A stretch of DNA of 64,000 nt from Antedon mediterranea (taxonomy: Eukaryota > Animalia > Echinodermata): NCBI RefSeq assembly GCF_964355755.1, contig NC_092673.1, forward strand, positions 10,822,948 to 10,886,947, read 5' to 3'. A program made the position numbers and the translations under genes. The notes under the pieces were generated by a model. That model searched no databases, had not been told where the DNA came from, and saw only the letters and a list, made by a program, of their open reading frames with translations. Shown here in pieces: positions 1-13,628 of this stretch (the stretch's first letter is position 1; every line of letters starts with the position of its first letter).

Positions 1-78
1 ACAGAATGAATTTTGTCGCCACAAAATGAATTTTGTCGTTACGGAATGAATTTTGTCTACACAGAATGAATTTTGTCA
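1..78 (+). repeat. 20-bp minisatellite (ACAGAATGAATTTTGTCNNC), distal part of an array that starts before the window
   Basis: Four consecutive 20-bp units. The variant order (cgcc, cgtt, ctac, caa) matches 37240-37318. Confidence 0.9.
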
Positions 79-3000
79 AGTTTCATCGAAATGCACAAAA
101 TGGTCTAAAACGTCTCCAAATGCGATTTGAAGCTATTTTGAGCACTTTGATTGTTTTTTGTGAAAAGTTTCATCGAAATGCACAAAATGGTCAAAAACGT
201 CTCCAAATACGATAATAAGCTGTTGTAGGCACATTGATGTTTTTGTGTGAAAAAGTCTCATCGAAATGCACAAAATGGTCTGAAACGTCACTAAATCAGT
301 TTTGAAGCTATTCTAAGCACTTTGGTGTTTTTTTATGTTACCAAGTTTTTTCGAAATGCACAAAATGGTCTAAAACGTCTCTAAATGCGATTTGAAGTTA
401 TTTTGTGCACTTTGATGTTTTGTGTGAAAAGTTTTAACAAAATGCTCAAAATGGTCTAAAACGGTTTCAAATGTGATTTTAAGCACTTTGATGTTTTTGA
501 GTAATCCAGTTTCATCGAAATGTACAAAATTGTCTAAAACCTCTCAAAATGCGATTTGAAGCTATTTTGTGCACTTTGATGTTTTTGTGTGAAAAGTTTC
601 ATCGAAATGCACAAAATTGTCTAAAACGTCTCCAAATACGATATTAAGCTATTGTATGCACTTTGATGTTGTTGTGTGAAAAGTTTTTTCGAAATGCACA
701 AATGGTCTAAAACGTCTCCAAATACGATAATAAGCTGTTGTATGCACATTGATGTTTTTGTGTTAAAAGTCTCATCGAAATGCACTAAATCCGTTTTGAA
801 GCTATTCTAAGCACTTTGGTGTTTTTTTATGTTACCAAGTTTTTTCGAAATGCACAAAATGGTCTAGAAAGTCTCCAAATGCGATTTGAAGCTATTTTGT
901 GCACTTTGATGTTTTGTGTAATGAAACGCACAAAATGGTCTAAAACGTCTCCAAATGTGATTTGAAGCTATTTTGTGCACTTTGTTGTTTTGTGTGAAAA
1001 GTTTCATCGAAATGCACAAAATGGTCTAAAACGTCTCCACATACGATATTAAGCTATGGAATGCACTTTGATGTTTTTGTGTGAAAAGTTTTTCCAAATA
1101 CACAAAATGGTCTAAAACGTCTCCAAATGCGATTTGGAGCTCTTTTGTGCACTTTGATATTTTGTGTCAAAAGTTTTTATAGAAATGCTCGAAATGGTCT
1201 AAAACGGTTTCAAATGTGATTTTAAGCACTTTGATGTTTTTGTGTAACCAAGTTTCATCGAAATGCACAAAAAAATCTAAAACGTCTCCAAATGCGATTT
1301 AAAGCTATTTTGTGCATTTTAATGTTTTGTGTGAAAAGTTTTATCGAAATGCTCGAAATGGTCTAAAACGGTTTCAAATGTGATTTTAAGCACTTTGATA
1401 TTTTTGTGTAATCAAGTTTCATCGAAATGCACAAAATGGTCTAAAACGTCTCCAAATGCGATTTAAAGCTATTTTGTGCACTTTGATGGTTTTTTGTGAA
1501 AAGTTTCATCGAAATGCACAAAATGGTCAAAAACGTCTCCAAATACGATAATAAGCTGTTGTATGCACATTGATGTTTTTGTGTGAAAAGTCTCATCGAA
1601 ATGCACAAAATGGTCTAAAACTTCTCCAAATCCATTTTGAAGCTATTCTAAGCACTTTGGTGTTTTTATGTTACCAAGTTTTTTTGAAATGCACAAAATG
1701 GTCTAAAACGTCTACAAATGCGATTTGAAGCTATTTTGTGCACTTTGATGTTTTGTGTAATGAAACGTACAAAATGGTCTAAAACATCTCCTAATGCATT
1801 TTGAAGCTATTTTGTGCACTTTGTTGTTTTGTGTGAAAAGTTTCATCGAAATGCACTAAATTGTCTAAAACGTCTCGAAATACGATATTAAACTATTGTA
1901 TGCACTTTGTTGTTTTTGTGTGAAAAGTTTCATCGAAATGCTCAAAATGGTCTAAAACGTCTCCAAATGCGATTTGAAGCTATTTTGTGCACTTTGATGT
2001 TTTTGTGTGAAAAGTTTCATCGAAATGCACAAATTGGTCTAAAACGTCTCCAAATACGATAATAAGCTATTGTATGCACTTTTTTGTTTTTGTGTGAAAA
2101 GTTTCATCGAAATGCACAAAATGGTCTAAAACGTCTCCAATTACGATTTGAAGCTATTTTGTGCACTTTGATGTTTTTGTGTGAAAAGTTTCATCGAAAT
2201 GCACAAAATGGTTTAAAACGTCTGCAAATGCGATTTGAAGCTATTTTGTGCACTTTGATGGATTTGTGTGAAAAGATTCATCGAAATGCACAAAATTGTC
2301 AAAAATGTCTCCAAATACGATAATAAGCTGTTGTATGCACATTGATGTTTTTGTGTGAAAAGTTTCATCGAAATGCACAAAATGGTATAAAACGTCTGCA
2401 AATGCGATTTGAAGCTATTTTGTGCACTTTGATGGATTTGTGTGAAAAGTTTCATCGAAATGCACAAAATGGTCAAAAACGTCTCCAAATAGGATAATAA
2501 GCTGTTGTATGCACATTGATGTTTTTGAGTGAAAAGTTTCATCGAAATGCACAAAATTGTCTTAAACGACTCCAAAGCTATTTTGTGCACTTTAATGTTT
2601 TGTGTGAAAAGTTCAATCGAAATGCTCAAAATGGTCTAAAACGGTTTCAAATGTGATTTTAAGCAATTTGATGTTTTTGTGTAAAAAGTTTCATCGAAAT
2701 GCACAAAATGATCTAAAACGTTTCCAAATGCGATTTGAAGCTGTTTTGTGCACTTTGATGTTTTAGTGTGAAAAGTTTCATAGAAATGCACACAAGTGTC
2801 TAAAACGTCTCCAAATACGATATTAAACTATTGTATGCACTTTGTTGTTTTTGTGTGAAAAGATTAATCGAAATGCTCAAAATAGTCTAAAACGTCTCCA
2901 AATGCGATTTGAAGCTATTTTGTGCACTTTGATGTTTTTGTGTGAAAAGTTTCATCGAAATGCAAAAAATGGTCTAAAACGTCTACAAATACGATATTAA

Positions 3001-6000
3001 GCTATTGTTTGCACTTTGATGTTTTTGTGTGAAAAGTTTTAACGAAATGCACAAAATGGTCTAAAACGGTTTCAAATGTGATTTTAAGCACTTTGATATT
3101 TTTGTGTAATCAAGTTTCATCGAAATGCACAAAATGGTCTAAAACGTCTCCAAATGCGATTTGAAGATATTTTGTGCACTTTGATGTTTTGTGTAATAAA
3201 ACGCACAAAATGGTCTAAAACGTCTCCAAATACGATAATAAGCTATTGTATGCACATTGATGTTTTTGTGTGAAAAGCTTCATCGAAATGCAAAAAATGG
3301 TCTAAAACGTCTCCAAACGCGATTTGAAGCTATTTTGTAAACTTTAATAGTTTGTGTGAAAAGTTTTATCGAAATGCTCAAAATGGTCTAAAACGTCTCC
3401 AAATGCGATTTGAAGCTATTTTGTGCACTTTAATAGTTTGTGTGAAAAGTTTTATCGAAATGCTCAAAATGGTCTAAAACGGTTTCAAATGTGATTTTAA
3501 GCACTTTGATTTTTTTGTGTAATCAAGTTTTTTCGAAATTCACAAAATGGTCTAAAACGTCTGCATATGCGATTTGAAGCTATTTGTGCACTTTGATGTT
3601 TTGTGTGAAAAGTTTCATCGAAATGCACAAAATGATCTAAAACGTCTCCAAATACGATATTAAGCTATTGTATGCACTTTGATGTTTTTGTGTGAAAAGT
3701 TTTTTCGAAATGCACAAAATGGTCTAAAACGTCTCCAAATGCGATTTGGAGCTCTTTTGTGCACTTTGATGTTTTGTGTCAAAAGTTTTATAGAAATGCT
3801 CGAAATGGTCTAAAACGGTTTCAAATGTGATTTTAAGCACTTTGATATTTTTGTGTAATCAAGTTTCATCGAAATGCACAAAATGGTCTAAAACGTCTCC
3901 AAATACGATATTAAGCTATTGTATGCACTTTGTTGTTTTTGTGTGAAAAGTTTCATCGAAATTCACAAAATGGTCTAAAACGGTTTCAAATGTGATTTTA
4001 AGCACTTTGATATTTTTGTGTAATCAAGTTTCATCGAAATGCACAAAATGGTCTAAAACGTCTCCAAATGCGATTTGAAGCTATTTTGTGCACTTTGATA
4101 TTTTGTGTAATGAAACGCACAAATGGTCTAAAACGTCTCCAAATACGATAATAAGCTATTGTATGCACATTGATGTTTTTGTGTGAAAAGTTTCATCGAA
4201 ATGCACAAAATGGTCTAAAACGTCTCCAAACGCGATTTGAAGCTATTTTGTGCACTTTAATAGTTTGTGTGAAAAGTTTAATCGAAATGCTCAAAATGGT
4301 CTAAAACGGTTTCAAATGTGATTTTAAGCACTTTGATATTTTTGTGCAATCAAGTTTTTTCGAAATGGTCTAAAACGTCTCCAAATGCGATTTGAAGCTA
4401 TTTCGTGCACTTTTATGTTTTGTGTAATGAAACGCACAAAATGGTCTAAAACGTCTGCAAATGCGATTTGAAGCTATTTTGTGCACTTTGATGTTTTGTG
4501 TGAAAAGTTTCATCGAAATGCACAAAATGGTCTAAAACTTCTCCAAATACGATATTAAGCTATTTTATGCACTTTCATTTTTTTGTGTGAAAAGTTTTTT
4601 CGAAATGCACAAAATGGTCTAAAATATCTCCAAATGCGATTTGGAGCTCTTTTGTGCACTTTGATGTTTTGTGTCAAAAGTTTTATAGAAATGCTCGAAT
4701 TGGTCTAAAACGGTTTCAAAGATGATTTTAAGCACTTTGATATTTTTTTGTAATCAAGTTTCATCGAAATGCACAAAATGGTCTAAAACGTCTCCAAATA
4801 CGATATTAAGCTATTGTATGCACTTTGTTGTTTTTGTGTGAAAAGTTTCATCTAAATGCACAAAATGGTCTAAAACGGTTTCAAATGTGATTTTAAGCAC
4901 TTTGATATTTTTGTGTAATCAAGTTTCATCGAAATGCACAAAATGGTCTAAAACGTCTCCAAATGGGATTTTAAGCTATTTTGTGCACTTTGATGTTTTG
5001 TGTAATGAAAGGCACAAAATGGTCTAAAACGTCTCCAAATACGATAATAAGCTGTTGTATGCACATTGATGTTTTTGTGTGAAAAGTTTCATCGAAATGC
5101 ACAAAATGGTCTAAAACGTCTCCAAATGCGATTTGAAGCTATTTTGTGCACTTTAATAGTTTGTGTGAAAAGTTTTATCGAAATGCTCAAAATGGTCTAA
5201 AACGGTTTCAAATGTGATTTTAAGCACTTTGATTTTTTTGTGTAATCAAGTTTTTTCGAAATTCACAAAATGGTCTAAAACGTCTGCATATGCGATTTGA
5301 AGCTATTTGTGCACTTTGATGTTTTGTGTGAAAAGTTTCATCGAAATGCACAAAATGATCTAAAACGTCTCCAAATACGATATTAAGCTATTGTATGCAC
5401 TTTGATGTTTTTGTGTGAAAAGTTTTTTCGAAATGCACAAAATGGTCTAAAACGTCTCCAAATGCGATTTGGAGCTCTTTTGTGCACTTTGATGTTTTGT
5501 GTCAAAATTTTTATAGAAATGCTCGAAATGGTCTAAAACGGTTTCAAATGTGATTTTAAGCACTTTGATATTTTTGTGTAACTAAGTTTTAAATGCAAAA
5601 AAAATCTAAAACGTCTCCAAATGCGATTTAAAGCTATATTGTGCACTTTAATGTTTTGTGTGAAAAATTTTATCGAAATGCTCAAAATGGTCTAAAACGG
5701 TTTCAAATGTGATTTTAAGTACTTTGATGTTTTTGTGTAACCAAGTTTCATCGAAATGCACAAAATGGTCTAAAACGTCTCCAAATACGATTTGAAGCTA
5801 ATTTGTGCACTTTGATGTTTTGTGTGAATAGTTTCATCGAAATGCACAAACTGTTCTAAAACGTCTCCAAATACGACATTAAGCTATTGTATGTACTTTG
5901 TTGTTTTTGTGTGAAAATTTCATCGAAATGCTCAAAATGGTCTAAACGTCTCCAAATACGATATTAAGCTATTATATGTATTTTGATGTTTTTTTGTGAA

Positions 6001-6219
6001 AAGTTTTATCGAAAAGCTCAAAAAGGTCTAAAACGGTTTCAAATGTGATTTTAAGCACTTTGATATTTTTGTGTAATCAAGTTTCATCGGAATGCACAAA
6101 ATGGTCTAAAACGTCTCCAAATGCGATTTGAAGCTATTTTGTGCACTTTGATGGTTTTTTGTGAAAAGTTTCATCGAAATGCACAAAATGGTCTAAAACG
6201 TCTCCAACTACGATATTAA
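79..6219 (+). repeat. Satellite A, ~87-bp unit (shorter ~75-bp variants), block 1
   Basis: Tandem AAGTTTCATCGAAATGCACAAAATGGTCTAAAACGTCTCCAAATGCGATTTGAAGCTATTTTGTGCACTTTGATGTTTTTGTGTGAA. Period 87 between 2101 and 2188. Confidence 0.97.
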
Positions 6220-7843
6220 AGGGGGATTCTGGGTTTAAAATTGCTTTTAAATATCGTTTATTTATTAAATAAAAAATATTATAACAATATAGACATGTCA
6301 AAATGAATAAATAATAACGAGAAATTAAAAAAATAAAATTTCATATACATTTTAGGGTAAATTCATGGAAAGTCTGTTTTTCAGCAGCTTATGGAAGCTC
6401 ATTAATATTCATGAGATATTCACAAAATCACGTCATCAGTGGATTCCAAACTCGCGACGTCATGTACGTTGTGTTTGTCAACTAAATTTACATCTCTCTC
6501 CCCTGTCAAACGACGACCACCCGATGATTGTGAAATACATTTTTTGTAGATTTTCTAAGCTAGGCCTAAAGTGTAATAATAACAGTAGTAGCATATATTT
6601 ATTTGACATTTAATGAAATACAAATTTAGTACAGATTACGGAGTCATAAATTATATACTATTTTTATACCTCGAATAGTACAGATCGTATTATCGGCTTC
6701 ACGTACTAGGCTAGGCCTAGCCTAAATCATTTTTTTTCATGGGCATGAGAGCCATTCTGACTAGGGATTAAAACGCTAAAACATTGGGACCCATCATGGG
6801 CCTAGCTAGCCTACTACTAAACGATTGGCCTACTACTAAACGATTGGCCCACTACTAAACGATTGGCCCATAAATAACAAAACTCAGTGGATTCCAAACC
6901 CATCCTATCAACCAAACTCCTAAACAATCTAAACCTAAAACATTCTACAAAATCGGCTGTAAATATCGCTGTCCGCACGTATGGTGTCCCGATCGTCTGA
7001 GTAGGCCTAAAATAGGCCTAGTTTACTCTCCAAAAAAGCGGATACTACTGCATCAAGCAAGTAGACCAGGTACTAGGTATAGCCGATCCGGCCCAGTTAA
7101 AAATTGAGCTAGCTAGTGTTGTAGTAGACCCTATGCGAATTGATACTACCAGGCCTTTTACTATAGGCTACACTTGTTAAAATTAGCAATACTTAAGTTT
7201 ATACAAATATTCCAACTCTCTCATTCGAGCTATATTATCTATACCATTCCGGTAGGTCGAGTCGACCTTCAATCAAATACTGTACATCGTTCATGTTGTG
7301 ATTATAGACGGGGTATACTTGACCTGACCAGTTTGGTATTGTATACTGTATCTGCTTATCACGTGACGATGCCAGGCATGGGCAGAGAGAGCACGTGTAT
7401 CTAATCGTCGTCTAGCTCTCCTCGCTCAGCAGGAATGTATACGTTACGCTTCATTGATTTCGAAGGCTTTCCCTAAGTCAGTGCGAAAATCGGCAAACGT
7501 AAAGTGCAAACATATCTAATTTTTCACTGTTTTGATGAATTTTCATAGAACATTGACTTTATAAATGGGAAGACCGACTAAAATTACATCAGATAAGTAT
7601 AATTTTACAAAAGTAATTGATATGGTTAATGATAACGAGTCGTCGGAAAATTGACCATTTCACGAATTTCCTATTCTGTAACACAGTGTCATATCGCCGT
7701 AGCTGCACTTGTAATCTGGCCTCATTTCACAGCCTTCGTTCTGCTCCACTGGGCGCTTATATAAATTGAAACTTTTACCGTTCAAGAGACAAACAAATAT
7801 ATTTTACATTTTTTACTATTCATTTTAAACCCGGAACCCCCCT
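6220..7843. mobile_element. Non-autonomous Kolobok/T2-MITE-type DNA transposon (~1.6 kb) inserted in satellite A
   Basis: TTAA duplicated at 6216-6219 and 7844-7847. 21-bp TIRs AGGGGGATTCTGGGTTTAAAA / TTTTAAACCCGGAACCCCCCT (2 mismatches). The interrupted satellite unit resumes in register. TTAA+AGGRR termini are typical of Kolobok/T2. No transposase ORF. Confidence 0.85.
6810..6869 (+). repeat. 19-bp tandem repeat x3 (CTACTACTAAACGATTGGC) inside the Kolobok-type element
   Basis: Three near-identical copies read directly. Confidence 0.85.
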
Positions 7844-8856
7844 TTAAGTTATTTTATGCACTTTGATGTTTTTGTGTGAAAAGTTTCATAGAAATGCACA
7901 AAATGGTCTAAAACGTCTCCAAATCCGTTTTGAAGCCATTCTAAGCACTTTGATGGGTTTATGTTAACAAGTTTTTTCAAAATGCACAAAATGGTCTAAA
8001 ACGTCTCCAAATACGATTTGAAGCTCTTTTGTGCACTTTGATGTTTTGTGTAAAAAGTTTTATAGAAATGCACAAAATGGTCTAAAACGGTTTCAAATGT
8101 GATTTTAAGCACTTTGATGTTTTTGTGTAACCAAGTTTCATCGAAATGCACAAAATGGTCTAAAACGTCTCCAAATGCGATTTGAAGCTATTTTGTGCAC
8201 TTTGATGTTTTGTGTGAAATGTTTCATCGAAATGCACAAAATGTCTCCAATTGCGATTTGAAGCTATTTTGTGCACTTTGATGTTTTGTGTGAAAAGTTT
8301 CATCGAAATGCACAAAATGGTCTAAAACGTCTCCAAATCCGTTTTGAAGCTATTCTAAGCACTTTGGTGTTTTTATGTTAACAATTTTTTTCGAAATGCT
8401 CAAAATGTTCTAATACGGTTTCAAATGTGATTTTAAGGACTTTGATGTTTTTGTGTAATCAAGTTTCATCGAAATGCACAAAATGGTCTAAAACGTCTCC
8501 AAATGCGATTTGAAGCTATTTTGTGCACTTTTATGTTTTGTGTGAAAAGTTTCATCGAAATGCACAAAATGGTCTAAAACGTCTCCAAATACGATATTAA
8601 GCTATTGTATGCACTTTTATGTTTTTGTGTGAAAAGTTTTTTCGAAATGCACAAAATGGTCTAAAACGTCTCCAAATGCGATTTGGAGCTCATTTGTGCA
8701 TTTTGATGTTTTGTGTCAAATGTTTTATAGAAATGCTCGAAATGGTCTAAAACGGTTTCAAATGTGATTTTAAGCACTTTGATGTTTTTGTGTGAAAAGT
8801 TTCATAGAAATGCATAAAATGGTCTAAAACGTCTCCAAATCCGTTTTGAAGCTATT
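7844..8856 (+). repeat. Satellite A, block 2
   Basis: Same unit continues after the insertion and ends at ...CCGTTTTGAAGCTATT|AGATCAGCG. Confidence 0.96.
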
Positions 8857-9678
8857 AGATCAGCGAGAGAGAGATAGATCAGCGAGAGAGAGGGATAGAT
8901 CAGCGAGAGAGAGATAGATCAGCGAGAGAGAGATAGATCAGCGAGTGAGAAATAGATCAGCGAGAGAGAGAGATAGATCAGCGAGAGAGAGATAGATCAG
9001 TGAGAGAGAGATAGATCAGTGAGAGAGAGATAGATCAGCGAGAGAGAGATAGATCAGCAAGAGAGAGAGATAGATCAGCGAGAGAGAGATAGATCAGCGA
9101 GAGAGAGATAGATCAGCGAGAGAGAGATAGATCAGCGAGAGAGAGATATATCAGCGAGAGAGAGATAGATCTGCGAGAGAGAGATAGATCAGCGAGAGAG
9201 AGATAGATCAGCGAGAGAGAGATAGATCAGCGAGCGAGAGATAGATCAGCGAGAGAGAGATAGATCAGCGAGAGAGAGAGAGAGAGAGATGAGCGAGAAA
9301 GAGATAGATCAGCGCGAGAGAGCTTTCAGAGAGAGAGAGATAGATCAGCGAGAGAGAGAGATAGATCAGCGAGAGAGAGAGATAGATCAGCGAAAGAGAG
9401 AGATAGATCAGCCAGAGAGAGAGAGAGATAGATCAGCGAGAGAGAGAGATAGATCAGCGAGAGAGAGATAGATCAGCGAGAGAGAGATAGATCAGGGAGA
9501 GAGAGATAGATCGGCGAGAGAGAGATAGATCAGCGAGAGAGAGATTAGATCAGCGAGAGAGAGATAGATCAGCGAGAGAGATAGATCAGCGAGAGAGAGA
9601 TAGATCAGCGAGAGAGAGATAGATCAGCGAGAGAGAGATAGATCAGCGAGAGAGATAGATCAGCGAGAGAGAGATAGA

Positions 9679-9715
<37 letters not shown>

Positions 9716-10090
9716 GATCAGCGAGAGAGAGATAGATCAGCGAGAGAGAGAGATAGATCAGCGAGAGAGAGAGATAGATCAGCGAGAGAGAGAGATAGAT
9801 CAGCGAGAGAGAGAGAGATAGTTCAGCGAGAGAGAGATAGATCAGCGAGAGAGAGAGATAGATCAGCGAGAGAGAGATAGATCAGCGAGAGAGAGATAGA
9901 TCAGCGAGAGAGAGATAGATCAGCGAGAGAGAGAGAGAGGGAGATCAGCGGGAGAGAGATAGATCAGCGAGAGAGAGAGATAGATCAGCGAGAGAGAGAT
10001 AGAGATCAGCGAGAGAGAGATAGATCAGCTAGAGAGAGATAGATCAGCGAGAGAGAGAGAGAGAGATCAGCGAGAGAGAGATAGATCAGC

Positions 10091-10124
<34 letters not shown>

Positions 10125-10728
10125 TCAGCGAGAGAGAGATAGATCAGTGAGAGAGAAAGAGATCAGCGAGAGAGAGATAGATCAGCGAGAGAGAGATAGA
10201 TCAGTGAGAGAGAGATAGATCGGCGAGAGAGAGATAGATCAGCGAGAGAGAGATTAGATCAGCGAGAGAGAGATAGATCAGCGAGAGAGAGATAGATCAG
10301 CGAGAGAGAGATAGATCAGCGAGAGAGAGATAGATCAGCGAGAGAGAGATAGATCAGCGAGAGAGAGAGATAGATCAGCGAGAGAGAGAGATAGATCAGC
10401 GAGAGAGAGAGATAGATCAGCGAGAGAGAGAGAGATAGTTCAGCGAGAGAGAGATAGATCAGCGAGAGAGAGAGATAGATCAGCGAGAGAGAGATAGATC
10501 AGCGAGAGAGAGATAGATCAGCGAGAGAGAGATAGATCAGCGAGAGAGAGATAGATCAGCGAGAGAGAGAGAGAGAGATCAGCGGGAGAGAGATAGATCA
10601 GCGAGAGAGAGAGATAGATCAGCGAGAGAGAGATAGAGATCAGCGAGAGAGAGATAGATCAGCTAGAGAGAGATAGATCAGCGAGAGAGAGAGAGAGAGA
10701 GATCAGCGAGAGAGAGAGATAGATCAGC

Positions 10729-10764
<36 letters not shown>

Positions 10765-11715
10765 TCAGCGAGAGAGAGATAGATCAGTGAGAGAGAAAGA
10801 GATCAGCGAGAGAGAGATAGATCAGCGAGAGAGAGATAGATCGGCGAGAGAGAGATAGATCAGCGAGAGAGAGATAGATCAGCGAGAGAGGGATAAATCA
10901 GCGAGAGAGATAGATCAGCGAGAGAGAGAGATATATCAGCGAGAGATATATAGATCAGCGAGAGAGAGATAGATCAGCGAGAGAGAGAGAGAGATAGATC
11001 AGTGAGAGAGAGATAGATCGGCGAGAGAGAGATAGATCAGCGAGAGAGAGATAGATCAGCGAGAGAGAGATAGATCAGCGAGAGAGAGAGATATATCAGC
11101 GAGAGAGATATAGATCTGCGAGAGAGAGATAGATCAGCGAGAGAGAAAGATAGATCAGCGAGAGACAGAGATAGATCAGCGAGAGAGAGATAGATCAGTG
11201 AGAGAGAGAGAGAGAGAGATAGATCAGCGAGAGAGAGAGATAGTTCAGCGAGAGAGAGAGATAGATCAGCGAGTGAGAGATAGATCAGCGAGAGAGAGAG
11301 ATAGATCAGCGAGAGAGAGAGATAGATCAGCGAGAGAGAGATAGATCAGCGAGAGAGAGAGAGAGATAGATAGATCAGCGAGAGAGAGTAAGATAGATCA
11401 GCGAGATAGAGATAGATAGATCAGCGAGAGAGAGATGGATCAGCCAGAGAGAGATAGATAGATCAGCGAGAGAGAGAGATAGATAGATAGATCAGCGAGA
11501 GAGAGATAGATAGATCAGCGAGAGAGAGATAGATCAGCGAGAGAGAGATAGATCAGCGAGAGAGAGGTAGATCAGCGATAGAGAGATAGATCAGCGAGAG
11601 AGAGATAGATCAGCGAGAGAGAGATAGATCAGCGAGAGAGAGATAGATCAGCGAAAGAGAGAGAGAGAGAGACAGAGAGACAGAGAGAGAGAGAGATCAG
11701 CGAGAGAGAGATAGA

Positions 11716-11762
<47 letters not shown>

Positions 11763-11990
11763 TCAGCAGAGAGAGATAGATCAGCTAGAGAGAAAGAGAT
11801 CAGCGAGAGGGAGATAGATCAGCGAGAGAGAGATAGATCAGCGAGAGAGAGATAGATTAGCGAGAGAGAGAGATAGATCAGCGAGAGAGAGATAGATCAG
11901 CGAGAGAAAGAGAGATACATCAGCGAGAGAGAGATAGATAAGCGAGAGAGAGATAGATCACCGAGAGAGAGATAGATCAGCGAGAGAGAG
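8857..11990 (+). repeat. Satellite B, AGATCAGCG(AG)nAT, modal unit ~19 bp, array 1
   Basis: Continuous AGATCAGCGAGAGAGAGAT units with variable AG count. Confidence 0.98.
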
Positions 11991-13628
11991 TAAATTTTCA
12001 CCATTTTTCGAAAAAAAATCTTATGGTCCCCAGTAGGAAAATTTTTCGAAAAATGGCTAAATTTCGACCCTTTTATTTTTTGACATAACTAGTTACTATG
12101 GCTATAAAGATGATGTTAACACAATATATTTGCATAAATGGCAATATTATATCATAATTATAGAATTTTAAAAATTGGAAATTTTGGCCCTTTTTCAAAA
12201 AAACTTCTTATAGTCCCCCAGAGGGAAATTTTCGAAAATTGGCAAAATTTTGACCCTTTTCTTTTTTAACATAACTAGTTACGATGGCTCTATAAGATGA
12301 TGTTAACACAATATATGTCCATAAATGGCAAAATTATAGCATATTTATTTAATTTTAAAAAGTGTAAAATTTTTGCCATTTTCGACCCTTTTTTATTTTG
12401 AGATAAGTAGTTGCTATGGCTCTATAAGATGATGTCAGCACAATATATGTGCATAAATGGCAATATTATAGCATAATTTTTGAATTTTAAGAAGTGGAAA
12501 TTTTAGTCATTTTTCGAAAAAAATTCTTATGGTCCCCCCCAGGGAAATTTTCGCAAAAATGGCCAAATTTTAACCCTTTTTTTTTTTGACATAACTATTA
12601 CTATGGCTCTATAAGAAGATGTTAGCACAATATATTTGCAAAATGGCAATTTTATAGCATAATTATTGAATTTTAAAAAGTGGGAATTTTGGCCATTTTT
12701 CGACCCTTTTATTTTTTTTGACATAACTAGCTGCTATGTCTCTATACGATGATGTTAACACAATATATTTGCATAAATGCCAATATTATAGCATAATTAT
12801 TGAATTTTAAAAAGTAGAAATTTTGGCCATTTTTCTAAAAAATTCCTATGGTCCCCAGCAGGGAAATTTTCGAAAAATGGCCAAATTTTGATCCTTTTAT
12901 TTTTTGACATAACTAGTTACTATAGCTCTATAAGATGATGTTAGCACAATATAATTATTTGCATAAATGGCAATATTATAGCATAATTTTTGAATTTTAA
13001 ACAATGGAAATTTTGACCATTTTTCGAGAAAAAAAATCCTATTGGCCAAATGGCCAAATTTTGACCCTTTTATTTCTTGTAACTTTCTTATAACTAGTTA
13101 CGATGGCTCTATAAGAAGATGATGCTACCACAATATATTTGCATAAATGCCAAAAAAATAATAGCATAATTATTGAATTTTAAAAATTGGAAATTTTGGC
13201 AATTTTTCGAAAAAAATTCCTACAGTCCCCCGCAGGAAAATTTTCGCAAAAATGGCCAAATTTCAAACCTTTTATTTTTTGATATAACTAGTTACTATTG
13301 CTTTTTAAGATATCTAGTTACTATGGCTCTATAAGATGATGTTAGCACAATATATGTGCATAAATAGCAATATTATAGCATAATTTTTGAATTTTAAAAA
13401 GTGGAAATTTTAGTCATTTTTCTAAAAAAATTCCTATGGCCAAATTTTAACCCTTTTATTTTTTGACATAACTAGTTACTATGGCTCTATAAGATGATGT
13501 TAGAACAATATATTTGGAAAAATGGCAATATTATAGCATAATTATTGAATTTTCGAATTTTAAAAAAATCTTATGGTCCCCCTCTGGGAAATTTTCAAAA
13601 AATGGCCAAAATTAGACCCTTTTATTTT
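11991..13628 (+). repeat. Satellite C, ~185-bp units interspersed with ~133-bp units
   Basis: ATAACTAGTTACTATGGCTCTATAAGATGATGTTAGCACAATATATTTGCATAAATGGCAAT recurs near 12086, 12271, 12403, 12590, 12723, 12909, 13090. Confidence 0.93.

Noticed and set aside
33-2629. Repetitive ORFs in satellite A (CEKFHRNAQNGLKRLQ...), also 43484-45095
   Set aside because: The 87-bp unit is a multiple of 3, so short open frames arise by chance; most units carry indels and stops.
6365-7404. Short ORFs inside the Kolobok-type element as a transposase
   Set aside because: No DDE or THAP motifs; too short.
9289-9471. RERE/DRSARE ORFs in satellite B, also 47710-48389
   Set aside because: Translations of an (AG)n-based repeat with constantly shifting frame; not genes.
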